DNA of 64,000 nt, taken from contig CAVXNB010000003.1 of NCBI GenBank assembly GCA_963763085.1, positions 469,232-533,231 on the forward strand, read 5' to 3'. A program made the position numbers and the translations under genes. The notes below the pieces were generated by a model. It did no database searches. It had not been told where the DNA came from and saw only the letters and a program-made list of their open reading frames with translations. Positions 7,825 to 16,824 of the stretch are shown piece by piece (the stretch's first letter is position 1; each line of letters begins with the position of its first letter). The DNA is from an uncultured Acidimicrobiaceae bacterium (GTDB lineage: Bacteria > Actinomycetota > Acidimicrobiia > Acidimicrobiales > Bog-793).

Positions 7825-9413
7825 CCGGGGACGTCGACGCCGGCCTCGCATCGAGGGCCAGGCAGTGCTCGTCGATCGTCGGCGGCAAGGTAACCGGTGA
7901 CGACTCTGGGGGGGCGCTTGCCTCGACCAATCCGGCGCGGCTGTCGGAGGTCGTGGCCGAGGTCGCGCTCGGTGATCGCACGACGTTCGTCGAGGCGGCC
8001 CGTGTAGCCCGCCAAGCCCAACCGGCGTGGTCCCGAGTGCCCGCTCCGATCCGGGGCAGGGTAATCGCCGAGATCGGGCGACTGATCGAGGCCAACAAGG
8101 ACCCGCTGGCCCGACTCGTGAGCCGTGAGGTCGGCAAGCCCTACCGCGAGTCGCTCGGTGAGGTGCAGGAGATCATCGACACCTGCGACTTCTTCGTCGG
8201 CGAGGGGCGGCGTCTGTACGGGGAGACCGTTCCGTCGGAGATGCACGACAAGGCGCTGTTCACGTTCCGGATGCCTGTCGGCGTCATGGCAGTCGTGACT
8301 GCCGGGAACTTCCCCGTGGCCGTCCCGTCCTGGTATCTCGTGCCGGCACTGCTGTGTGGCAACACCGTCGTCTGGAAGCCCGCGGAGTACTCGGCTGCGA
8401 TCGCCACGGCCCTGTACGAGTGCTTCGTGCAAGGTGGACTCCCCGACGGCGCGCTCAACCTGCTCCTCTCCGACGGTGCTGAGACGTTCGCCGGGCTCTC
8501 CGCCGCGCTTGACGAGGGGCTCGTCAACAAGGTCGGCTTCACTGGCTCGTCCGAGGTCGGCGCACGCATCGGCGAGCTCTGCGGACGCCACATCCAGTCG
8601 GCCTGCCTCGAGCTCGGCGGGAAGAACCCGATGGTCGTCATGGCCGACGCCGACCTCGACCTCGCAGTCGAGGGTGCGCTGTTCTCGGGCTTCGGCACGG
8701 CCGGTCAGCGCTGCACCTCGCTCGGCACGGCCATCGTGCACGAGTCGCTGCACGACGAGTTCCTGGAACGCCTCGCCGGCCGTCTCGAGGCGGCGACCAT
8801 CGGCGACCCGTTCGGCGACGTGCTCTACGGCCCCATGCTCGACCGGCGGTTCGCCGATCGCTTCGACGGCTACCTCGAGCGATTGATCCTGCCGCACCAT
8901 CAGCTCCGCGGCTCGACCGCAACCGGACGGATCACTTCGTCGAGCCCGCGAACAGGTTTCCTCGGGGACCCGGACGCCGGCGTGTTCTGTCATCCGACGA
9001 TCGTCGCCGGTGTGCGGGCCGGGGACGAGCTGGCCGTCACCGAGACGTTCGGGCCGATGGTGGGGGTGGCCAGTTTCGAGAGCTTCGACGAGGCGATGGC
9101 GCTCGCGAACCAGTCTGGCTACGGCCTCTCGTCCGCCATCTACACGCGGTCGCCCGAGGCAGTCTTCGCGTTCCACAACGAGATCGCCGCCGGCATGGTC
9201 AGCGTGAACAACTCGACGTCGGGCGCCGAGGCGCATCTCCCCTTCGGAGGAAACGGGAAGTCCGGCAACGGAAGCCGACAGTCCGGCCGCTGGGTCCTCG
9301 ACCAGGTCACTCGCTGGCAGTCGCTGAACTGGGACTACTCCGGGCATCTCCAGAAGGCGCAGATGGACACCGACCCCGTCGTGGCGAACCGGGACTTCCG
9401 GCTGGCTGACTAG
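7821..9413 (+). CDS. pcd: NAD-dependent aldehyde dehydrogenase, probably piperideine-6-carboxylate/aminoadipate-semialdehyde dehydrogenase
   Basis: Start overlaps the lat stop (GTGA). ALDH motifs VVWKPAE, FTGSSEVG, LELGGKNP and the catalytic Cys in GQRCTS. The substrate is inferred only from adjacency to lat. Confidence 0.75.
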   Translation: MTGDVDAGLASRARQCSSIVGGKVTGDDSGGALASTNPARLSEVVAEVALGDRTTFVEAARVARQAQPAWSRVPAPIRGRVIAEIGRLIEANKDPLARLVSREVGKPYRESLGEVQEIIDTCDFFVGEGRRLYGETVPSEMHDKALFTFRMPVGVMAVVTAGNFPVAVPSWYLVPALLCGNTVVWKPAEYSAAIATALYECFVQGGLPDGALNLLLSDGAETFAGLSAALDEGLVNKVGFTGSSEVGARIGELCGRHIQSACLELGGKNPMVVMADADLDLAVEGALFSGFGTAGQRCTSLGTAIVHESLHDEFLERLAGRLEAATIGDPFGDVLYGPMLDRRFADRFDGYLERLILPHHQLRGSTATGRITSSSPRTGFLGDPDAGVFCHPTIVAGVRAGDELAVTETFGPMVGVASFESFDEAMALANQSGYGLSSAIYTRSPEAVFAFHNEIAAGMVSVNNSTSGAEAHLPFGGNGKSGNGSRQSGRWVLDQVTRWQSLNWDYSGHLQKAQMDTDPVVANRDFRLAD

Positions 9414-9451
9414 TCCGGCGGCGCCCAAGTCTGGCGGCGCCTCCGGGCGGG

Positions 9452-11146
9452 CTAGCGCGGCGGGGCAGTCGCGACTTTCCCGTAGAGGGATGACGTGCCC
9501 GTGTACGGCACGGCCATCGGGCCGATCGGCCCGAGATCGACCTCGATCAGGCAGGGGCTGCGACCGCCGAGCGCCTTCTTCGCCGCCGTCGCGAGTGCGG
9601 GAGGTGACTCGACTCGCTCGGAAGCGATGCCGAATGCCCTCGCGAGACCCACGAAGTCCGGCCGGCCGAGGTCGACGCCGATCCGACCTTCCTCCGACCC
9701 GTACTGAGTGTCCTGGATGTTGCGCAGGATTCCGTAGCCGCCGTCGGCGAACACGAGCACCACGATCGGGAGCTGCTCCTGGGCCACGGTTGCCAGCTCG
9801 GTCGCCGCGAGCAGGAATCCCCCGTCCCCCGCCAGCAGCACGACGGGTGGGTCGTCCGATCCGAGCGCTGCGCCGAGCGCCTGCGGCAGCCCAAGCCCGA
9901 TCGCGAAACTGTTCGGCATGATCGAGGTGCGGGGACGACGCACCGGCAGGAGCCGGTTGCCCCACGTGTAGGCGGGGATGGTCGAGTCCTTCACGACGAC
10001 GGTGCCCGGCTCCAGGCACGGAGCCAGCGCATCGAGCAGACCCGCCTGCGGCCCGAGCGAGGCTCGGAGCCGTGCACGGGCGGAGACGGTGGCCGCGAGC
10101 ACGCGCTCGGTCCAGCCGGCCTCGGAGAGGCCCTCGCCTGCCCCGTTCCGGTCGAGCGCGGCCAGCAAAGCGGTTGTCGAGGTCTTGGCGTCGCCGACGA
10201 TGGGGGCCTCGACGGGATAGCTCCTGCCGAGGAGACCCGGCTCGATCTCGATCTGCACGAGGCGCCCAGGCAGGTGCATCGTCCAGTTCTCTGTGTTCGT
10301 CCCTTGGAAGCGCGTACCGATCGCGACGAGGAGGTCCGCCTCGCGGCACAACGCGCGGACGTCCGGGTCCCAGGTGAGGTTGCCGATGCACAAGGGATCG
10401 TCCTCGGGGAGGATCCCGCGGCCGTTCGGGCTCGTCAGCAGGCCGGCGCCGAGCCGGCGCACCAATCGGGCCACCTCGTCGACTCCATCCGAGGCGACAA
10501 CGCCGCCTCCTGCCCACACGAGGGGTCGTCGGGATCCCGCCACGATCTCGGCTGCCTTGGCGATCTCGGCTCCGTCCGGGGCGGGCGCGACCGACGGCGC
10601 GGTCGGCATCACGTCGGCCTCGGCCGGTGACACGGCGTACTGGAAGTCGATCGGGAGCTCCACTGACACCGGGCCGCGCCGGTGCGCCAGGGCCTGAGCG
10701 CCAGCGGAAGCGACCATCGCGCCGATGCCATTGGGGGACGCCGGCCGGTGTACCGCCTTCGACAGCGACGCCAGCATGCGGGGCTGGTCGGGGACCTCGT
10801 GGATGAAGCCCTTGCCCAGGTCCAGGAAGCGGCTGTCGATCTGGCCCGTCAGGTGCAGGACCGGAGAAGAGGAGACGAACGCCTCGAGCTGGCCGCCCAT
10901 GGCGTTCGCCGCCCCGGGACCCGTGGAGGTGATGAACACACCGAGTCGCCCCGTAGTGCGGGCGTAACCGTCCGCCGCCCCAGCGGCACCCTGCTCGTGG
11001 CGAACCGTGACAGCTCGAATACGGCCGTCTCTTCTGATGGCGTCGTAGATCGGGAGATTGTGCACGCTCGGGATGCCGAAGACGACGTCCACCCCGGCAT
11101 GCACGAGCCCATCCACCACCGCATCGCCACCGGTCCGCTCGGTCAT
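9452..11146 (-). CDS. thiamine-diphosphate-dependent enzyme (acetolactate-synthase-like family)
   Basis: 564-aa ORF with the N-terminal Pyr domain (..VFGIPSVHNLPIYDA..RHEQGAAGAADGYAR..) and a C-terminal ThDP motif (GDGGFL...). The specific reaction is unknown. Confidence 0.8.
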   Translation of the reverse strand: MTERTGGDAVVDGLVHAGVDVVFGIPSVHNLPIYDAIRRDGRIRAVTVRHEQGAAGAADGYARTTGRLGVFITSTGPGAANAMGGQLEAFVSSSPVLHLTGQIDSRFLDLGKGFIHEVPDQPRMLASLSKAVHRPASPNGIGAMVASAGAQALAHRRGPVSVELPIDFQYAVSPAEADVMPTAPSVAPAPDGAEIAKAAEIVAGSRRPLVWAGGGVVASDGVDEVARLVRRLGAGLLTSPNGRGILPEDDPLCIGNLTWDPDVRALCREADLLVAIGTRFQGTNTENWTMHLPGRLVQIEIEPGLLGRSYPVEAPIVGDAKTSTTALLAALDRNGAGEGLSEAGWTERVLAATVSARARLRASLGPQAGLLDALAPCLEPGTVVVKDSTIPAYTWGNRLLPVRRPRTSIMPNSFAIGLGLPQALGAALGSDDPPVVLLAGDGGFLLAATELATVAQEQLPIVVLVFADGGYGILRNIQDTQYGSEEGRIGVDLGRPDFVGLARAFGIASERVESPPALATAAKKALGGRSPCLIEVDLGPIGPMAVPYTGTSSLYGKVATAPPR

Positions 11147-11220
11147 CTCGCCCTTTTCCCCGTCCCGCCGTTCGGAGGATCCCCGGGTGGTGATACACCC
11201 CCCAGCTAGCCTCGCCCTTG

Positions 11221-12555
11221 ATGGAAGAGTCCTTCCGGATGCCCGACTTCAGTTTCGTCCATGCGGCGGACCTGCATCTCGATACGCCGTTCAAAGGTAT
11301 CGGTTCGACGGCACCCGGCGTGGCCGAGCAGCTCCGCGAAGCCTCCCTCACCGCGTTCGACTCCCTCGTCGATCTGTGCCTCGAGCGGCGGGCCGCCTTC
11401 CTCGTCGTCGCCGGCGACATCTACGACGGGCCGGAGCGAGGGCTTCGGGCACAGCTCCGGTTCCGCGACGGTCTCGCCCGACTCTCGGCCGCGGGCATCC
11501 CGAGCTTCGTCGTGCACGGCAACCACGACCCGGTCGAGACGGGGTGGTCGGCCCTCGGCGACAATTGGCCCGAACTGGTGCAGATCTTCGGTGCCGGAAC
11601 GGTCCGGGCCGTCACGGTCGAGATCGACGGAGTCCCGGCCGCGACGGTGCAGGGGATCAGCTACGCCCACCGCAGGGAGCCCGAGAACCTGGCGCGGCGC
11701 TTCGCCCGGGTCGCCGGGCCGGGGCTCCAAGTCGGCGTCCTGCACTGCAACGTCCAGGGAGCGGCCTCCGGCTACGCCGACTACAGCCCCTGCACGCTGG
11801 ACGAGCTGGTGAGCATCGGCCTCGACTACTGGGCGCTCGGCCATGTGCACACCCGGATGATCCTCTCCGGCCGAAAGCATTCGGACGAGCCCTGGATCGT
11901 CTATCCGGGCAACCTCCAGGCCCGCAGCCCCAAAGCGAGCGAGCGTGGCCCGAAGGGCGCGATGGTCGTGCACGTCCGAGGCGGGAGGGTCGCGGACGTC
12001 GAACCGGTTGGTTGCGACGTCGTGCGCTTCGACGTCGCGCAGCTCGACATCGCCGGGGTCGCCGATCTCGCGGTGCTGCGTGGCCGGCTCACCGACGCGG
12101 GCCGGGATCGGCTCGCCGCGGCCGAGGGCCGGTCGCTCGTTCTCCAGGGCCAGCTGGTGGGCAAGGGCGAGCTCCACCACGATCTCCGTCGTCCCGGATC
12201 GCTGCCTGACCTGCTGGTCGCACTGAGGGAAGACTTCGACGATGACGAGCCCTTCTGCTGGTGGGACTCCATCGACGACCGCTCGCGGCCGGCCATCGAT
12301 GTCGACGAGGTCAGGTCCGGTTCCGACTTCGCCGCCGACCTCGTCGCTCTCGCCGACGAGCTCAGCCACAAGCTTGCCGACGAAGACGGTGCGCTGGCCG
12401 ACCTCGCCGATGAGCTCTCCGACGGACTGCCGGGTGCGCTGAGACAACACCGCGCGCTCGAACGGTTGCTCGACTCGGCGAGTGCGCCGGCGGGCGAGCT
12501 CGTCGATCGGGCTCTGGCCGTCGCGCTCGCCGCGCTCGACGGCGGCGGACGCTGA
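11221..12555 (+). CDS. metallophosphoesterase, SbcD/Mre11-like DNA repair exonuclease (YhaO-like)
   Basis: N-terminal FVHAADLHLD, VVAGDIYDG and VVHGNHD motifs of calcineurin-like nucleases. Alternative starts are at 11218 (TTG) and 11239 (ATG). Confidence 0.8.
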   Translation: MEESFRMPDFSFVHAADLHLDTPFKGIGSTAPGVAEQLREASLTAFDSLVDLCLERRAAFLVVAGDIYDGPERGLRAQLRFRDGLARLSAAGIPSFVVHGNHDPVETGWSALGDNWPELVQIFGAGTVRAVTVEIDGVPAATVQGISYAHRREPENLARRFARVAGPGLQVGVLHCNVQGAASGYADYSPCTLDELVSIGLDYWALGHVHTRMILSGRKHSDEPWIVYPGNLQARSPKASERGPKGAMVVHVRGGRVADVEPVGCDVVRFDVAQLDIAGVADLAVLRGRLTDAGRDRLAAAEGRSLVLQGQLVGKGELHHDLRRPGSLPDLLVALREDFDDDEPFCWWDSIDDRSRPAIDVDEVRSGSDFAADLVALADELSHKLADEDGALADLADELSDGLPGALRQHRALERLLDSASAPAGELVDRALAVALAALDGGGR

Positions 12556-12569
12556 GGCGGCCGAGGGCG

Positions 12570-15404
12570 ATGCGCATCACCGGCTTCCATATCGAAGGGT
12601 TCGGAGGCCTGTCCGACCTCGGGATCGACGGTCTCTCCCCTGGCCTCGTGATCGTGAGCGGGCCGAACGAAGCCGGCAAGTCCACGCTGCTCGACTTCCT
12701 CACTGCGATGCTGTTCGGCTTCCCGAGCCGGCGGGACCATCCCCGATTCCGCCCCCCCGTCCGAGGCGGGCGTCATGGTGGCCGGCTCGACCTCTCCGAG
12801 GGTCGTGGCCACCACGCCTCGGCCGAAGACCGGCATTGGCACGTGGAGCGTCACGCCGGCGCCAGGAAGGACGTGAGCATCCGCTGCCCGGACGGCACCC
12901 CGGCGTCGGAGGAGGATCTGCGCCGGGCGCTCGGCGGTGCAGACGAGGCGCTGTTCCGCGCGGTGTTCGGGATCGACCTGACCGACCTCGGGAACGCGGA
13001 GGCCGTGACCAGGGAGGACGTTCGGGAGCTGCTCTTCTCGGCCAGCATCGTCGGTCAGCGCCGGTCGGCGGCGCGGGCGATGGCCAACCTGCAAAAGCAG
13101 CGCCTGGAGCTGGCGAGGCTACGGCAAGGCGACGCTCGGGCCAACCAGCTGCTGGCCGAGATCGAGTCGATCCGCCGGGACCTCGCCGATGCCAACCGCG
13201 AAGTTGCCGATTATCCGGCGCTGGCGACTGACCTCTCGAACCTCGAACGCCAGGTCGCTGCGGCCCGCGATGACGCTGACCGCGGCGACGCACGGATGCG
13301 AGAGCTCGACCTGCTCATCCGGCTTTGGCCCGTTCTGGAGCGCAAGCGCACGTCCGAGCAACGGTTGTCGACCTGGGAGGAACCCTCGGCGCTCACCTCC
13401 TGGCTCGACGAGAAGGCCAGCGAACTCCAGGCCTTGCGCTCCGCCTGCTCCGGCCATCACGAGCGTGTCCGTCACCTTGCGGAGCTGTGCAATCAACGCG
13501 GCGGGATCGAACAATCCCTCCAGGCGACGCTGGCCTCACTCGGCCCCGACTGGGACTCTGACCGTATTCGTGGCGGTGACGGCTGGATCCCGCTCGCCGA
13601 CGAGGCGCGCCTCTTTCGCCAGGGTCTCGCCGAGCGGGAGTCGGAATGGCGAACCGCTCGCGCGCTCGCCGAGGAGGCCGGTGCCGCGCTCGACGAGGTG
13701 GCTGTAGAGCCGGACACGTTCAAAGTGCCCGGGCCCGCGCCCGATGTGGCGCCGGCACCCGCAGCGGAGGACGAGGCGAGGGTGCTCGGTGAGCTGCGCC
13801 GGAATCTCGCAGAGCAGCGCGGCCTGACCGCGCGGCGACGGGCGGGCGAAGGCCCGGGCCACTCCGGCTCGACCCCGCTGGAGCCGACCACCCGCGGGTC
13901 CCTGGCGATCCTCGCCATCGTGATCGTTGGGCTTGCGGTCGCGGCGGCGCTCGCATCCGACAGTCCGCTCGTCCGCGTCGTCTGCGCCTCGCTGGCCGCA
14001 GCTGCGGGTTGCGCACTCCTCGCGGTCGCCGTCGCGTCGCGGCGACGCCTCTCCAGCCCGCCACTCGCCGATGCACGCGATCTGGACGAGGCGAGTGATC
14101 GGGTCGGCGCAAAGGTGGCCGAACTGGCCTCCGCGCTCGGCCTTCCCGCGACGCCGACCGACTCCGACGTCGAGACCGCGGCCGAGAGGATCGAGGCCGC
14201 CCGAGCTCGGGAACGCACCCTCGAGGAAGACCGGCGCCGGCGAGCCGCCGCCCTCGCGAGACGCAGAGTGGCCCACGAATCGTTCGACAAAGCCCAGGCG
14301 CAGCTCGAGTCCGAACGGGCCAGGTTCGGCGACTGGAAGCGGGCGCACGGGCTCGGCGCCCTGCTCTCACCTGACGGCGTGCTCGAGAGCCTGTCGGCGC
14401 TCCAGGCCGCCTGCAAGGACCTCGGCGCGCTTGAGCGGGTCGACGCGAAGATCGCGCAGCGACGGGCGGAAATCGCCGAGTTCGACGATCGCATCGCCGA
14501 GCTCGCCGTCGGGCTCCGCGACGTCGGTGGCCCGGATGAGTCGCTCCGGGCCGACCCTGCGGACACCCTCGAAGATCTGTCCGCGTGCATCAAGGAGGCC
14601 ACTGAGGTGCGGGCGATCAGGACGAACCTCGTTCGCACGGTCGAGGAGGCGGCCGCCGAGCTGGAACACTCGTTGGGTCGCGGCCGCGAAGCGGTCCGCC
14701 TGCGAGGAGAGCTCGGCGCCGGCGAGGTGCTTGCTTGGAGCGAGGAGCACGCAAGGGCCGCGCAGGTCCGGTCCGAGGCGCAACGTCGCCTGGAGCAGCT
14801 GGTGCGAGCCCATCAGGACGCTTCGAACAAGCTACGGGGGATCGCGGCCTCGACGAGGATCGCGGAGCTCGAGCAACGGCGTCTGGAGCTGGAGCAGGAG
14901 CTCGACGAGTGCCTCAGGTCTTGGGCTGTCCTCGGCTGTGCGCGCTTGCTGCTCGAGCGCACGTTGCGGCGACACGAGCAGGAGCGTCAGCCGGCCGTCC
15001 TCGCCCGCGCGGGCGAACGCTTCGCCAAGGTGACCGAAGGTCGCTACACCTGCCTGCTCCCGTCGGTCGGTGACGACGGCGGGCGCGAGACCATCAGAGT
15101 CGTCTCGTCCTCCGGAGTCGAGATGGACGCGAGCAGCCTGAGCCGTGGGAGCGTCGAGCAGCTCTACCTGTGCTTACGTCTCGGGCTGGCGGAGACGTTT
15201 GCCGAGCGCTCGGAGTCCCTCCCCTTCATCCTCGACGACGTTCTCGTCAATTTCGACCCCGGGCGTGCGGCGTCGGTCGCGGAGGCGCTCGCCGACACCG
15301 CTGAGCGTCATCAGGTTCTGTTCTTCACGTGCCACCCGCACCTGGTGGAGCTCGTCCGCCAGGTGGCACCGGACGCCCAGGTCGTGGAGCTGGACCGGAT
15401 CTGA
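12570..15404 (+). CDS. SbcC/YhaN-like AAA ATPase with long coiled coils and a central hydrophobic hairpin
   Basis: Walker A GPNEAGKST at the N-terminus. ABC signature LSRGSVEQL and Walker B FILDDVLVNFD are at the C-terminus. Long Ala/Glu/Arg/Leu-rich helical regions lie between them. Two hydrophobic segments sit at about 13897-14035. Confidence 0.8.
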   Translation: MRITGFHIEGFGGLSDLGIDGLSPGLVIVSGPNEAGKSTLLDFLTAMLFGFPSRRDHPRFRPPVRGGRHGGRLDLSEGRGHHASAEDRHWHVERHAGARKDVSIRCPDGTPASEEDLRRALGGADEALFRAVFGIDLTDLGNAEAVTREDVRELLFSASIVGQRRSAARAMANLQKQRLELARLRQGDARANQLLAEIESIRRDLADANREVADYPALATDLSNLERQVAAARDDADRGDARMRELDLLIRLWPVLERKRTSEQRLSTWEEPSALTSWLDEKASELQALRSACSGHHERVRHLAELCNQRGGIEQSLQATLASLGPDWDSDRIRGGDGWIPLADEARLFRQGLAERESEWRTARALAEEAGAALDEVAVEPDTFKVPGPAPDVAPAPAAEDEARVLGELRRNLAEQRGLTARRRAGEGPGHSGSTPLEPTTRGSLAILAIVIVGLAVAAALASDSPLVRVVCASLAAAAGCALLAVAVASRRRLSSPPLADARDLDEASDRVGAKVAELASALGLPATPTDSDVETAAERIEAARARERTLEEDRRRRAAALARRRVAHESFDKAQAQLESERARFGDWKRAHGLGALLSPDGVLESLSALQAACKDLGALERVDAKIAQRRAEIAEFDDRIAELAVGLRDVGGPDESLRADPADTLEDLSACIKEATEVRAIRTNLVRTVEEAAAELEHSLGRGREAVRLRGELGAGEVLAWSEEHARAAQVRSEAQRRLEQLVRAHQDASNKLRGIAASTRIAELEQRRLELEQELDECLRSWAVLGCARLLLERTLRRHEQERQPAVLARAGERFAKVTEGRYTCLLPSVGDDGGRETIRVVSSSGVEMDASSLSRGSVEQLYLCLRLGLAETFAERSESLPFILDDVLVNFDPGRAASVAEALADTAERHQVLFFTCHPHLVELVRQVAPDAQVVELDRI

Positions 15405-15489
15405 GCCCCGCCTCGCCCGGCGTGGCACCGGACGCCCAGGTCGTGGAGCTGGACCGGATCTGAGTCCGCCCGGCCCGGCGTGGCACCGG
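15363..15489. repeat. 59/58-bp tandem duplication (about 2.2 copies) spanning the stop codon of the ATPase gene
   Basis: GTGGCACCGGACGCCCAGGTCGTGGAGCTGGACCGGATCTGAG... occurs at 15363 and again at 15422, with a third partial unit at 15480. Copy 1 encodes the last 14 codons plus the stop. Confidence 0.9.
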
Positions 15490-15517
15490 CCTCCCCGCCG
15501 GGAAGGCACGCCGACGC

Positions 15518-16784
15518 TCAGAAGTTCGACATGCAGAACGGCGGACGAGGGCTGCGGAACATCCGGTCTGCACGACGCGCCGAGCCGTCGACTCGCTCCT
15601 CGACCCGGCCTACCTCGGCCATTCCGGCGAAGGGTGCGCCGCCCAGGTACAAAGCCCCCAGCACCGCCGCAGGAAGGACGAGATCCGGTGCCGTGTCGAC
15701 CCGCTCCACGACTGCCGAGCCCGTACAGTCGACCGAGAGCCGGAAACGGCCGCCGTTCCAGGGGCAGAACGGGTCGTCCACCTCGAGAACCAGCTCCCCC
15801 TCCTCCTCGTAGCGACGCAGGCTCAGTGCCTCGGGGATGTCGACGAGACGGACCCACGTGCGATCCCCCCAGCTGGCGGTTCGCAGCTGTCGCTGATCCT
15901 CGAGCATGTACCGCAGGGGCTCGTCGATCGGACGGCCGCGGGTCCGCAGCTCCTCGGTTAGGTCGATTCCGAGCAGGTATGTCCACAGAGCCGCGTAGGC
16001 CGCCTCGGAGACCGAGCACAGCTCCTCCAGGAAGACGCCTCTGCGATAGCGGTCGCCCGGGTCGATCCCCGCCACCCGGTAGACGGCATAACCGTCGATG
16101 CGCCCCTCATCCTCGTAACAGACAAAGAAGCGCTGCCTTGTGTCCTCAGCCGCCTCCCCCGCCTCCGGGAGCAGCTCGGACCACGCCCCGGGAAGACGAT
16201 CGAGCTCGCCGGCCCGAGTCGGCACGTAGGCGTCGAAGACGGCCGGGAACGCTTCGGCTGCCTGGTCACGACTCACCAGCCGGACCGAGCCGGAGTTGGC
16301 GGCGGTGCCTCCGGACGCGCCTCCCGCGCCGTTGGACGGCGGAAGCAGGCGGACGCGCCGGCTTGTCGACCACGTAGCGTGCGCCGAACGTCGCCGGGCC
16401 GTAGCCGAACCGCCCGTAGATCCCTCCCTCGCTGGCATAGAGCACAGCGACGGCTTCGTGGCCCCGGCGCAGATCGTCCAGCTGGCGTCGCATCAGCTGG
16501 GTCAGGAGCCCCCGGCGGCGATGCGTCGGCGCCACCGAGACGTCGGTGACCGCCGCCACGTCGCGGCGGACGAGCCCCGGCAACGTCATCGGGACCTTGT
16601 GGGAGCCGGCCGTCGCGACCAGATCGACCCCTTCGAAGGCAGCGAGCGTCCTGTCGAACGGCAGGTCTTTGGTCAGAGTTTCGACTTCTGCCGCCGGGTA
16701 TCGGCTGCCGAACGCGGCCCCCTGGCACGCAGCGTAGGCATCGATCTCGTGTGCCTCGATTGGGCGGACGTCGAAGGCCGTCAC
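15518..16784 (-). pseudogene. Eis-like GNAT acetyltransferase (GNAT-GNAT-SCP2 architecture) with an apparent frameshift
   Basis: ORF 16266..16784 gives the N-terminal GNAT domain (..VAPTHRRRGLLTQLMRRQL..YGRFGYGPAT..). ORF 15518..16438 continues in another frame with the central and SCP2-like parts (..VRLVSRDQAAEAFPAVFDAY..RFRLSV..). The frames must join near 16340-16375. The span is 1267 nt, which is not a multiple of 3. Confidence 0.6.
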
Positions 16785-16824
16785 GATCCGGAAGCCTCGA
16801 ACGGGAAGCGTGCTCGGCCCACGG

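Noticed and set aside
7593-11420. 1275-aa minus-strand ORF, the longest in the track
   Set aside because: Its composition is extremely Arg/Pro/Gly-rich. It runs antisense to, or out of frame with, three well-supported genes (lat, pcd, the ThDP enzyme). This is a typical shadow ORF of high-GC DNA where stop codons are rare.
11221-15404. Nuclease and SMC-like ATPase pair as a dedicated phage-defence system (Lamassu/Gabija-like)
   Set aside because: The architecture matches the conserved YhaO/YhaN (SbcCD-like) pair found in core regions of Firmicutes and Actinobacteria. The flanking genes are housekeeping or metabolic, with no other defence or mobile genes. It is retained as a moderate-interest finding rather than a defence call.
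15363-15489. Possible CRISPR array (also considered for the repeats at 24858-25004)
   Set aside because: The repeat units are directly abutting with no unique spacers. There are only about 2.2-2.4 copies. One set overlaps a gene end and the other lies inside the rpsB coding tail. No cas genes are present in the window.
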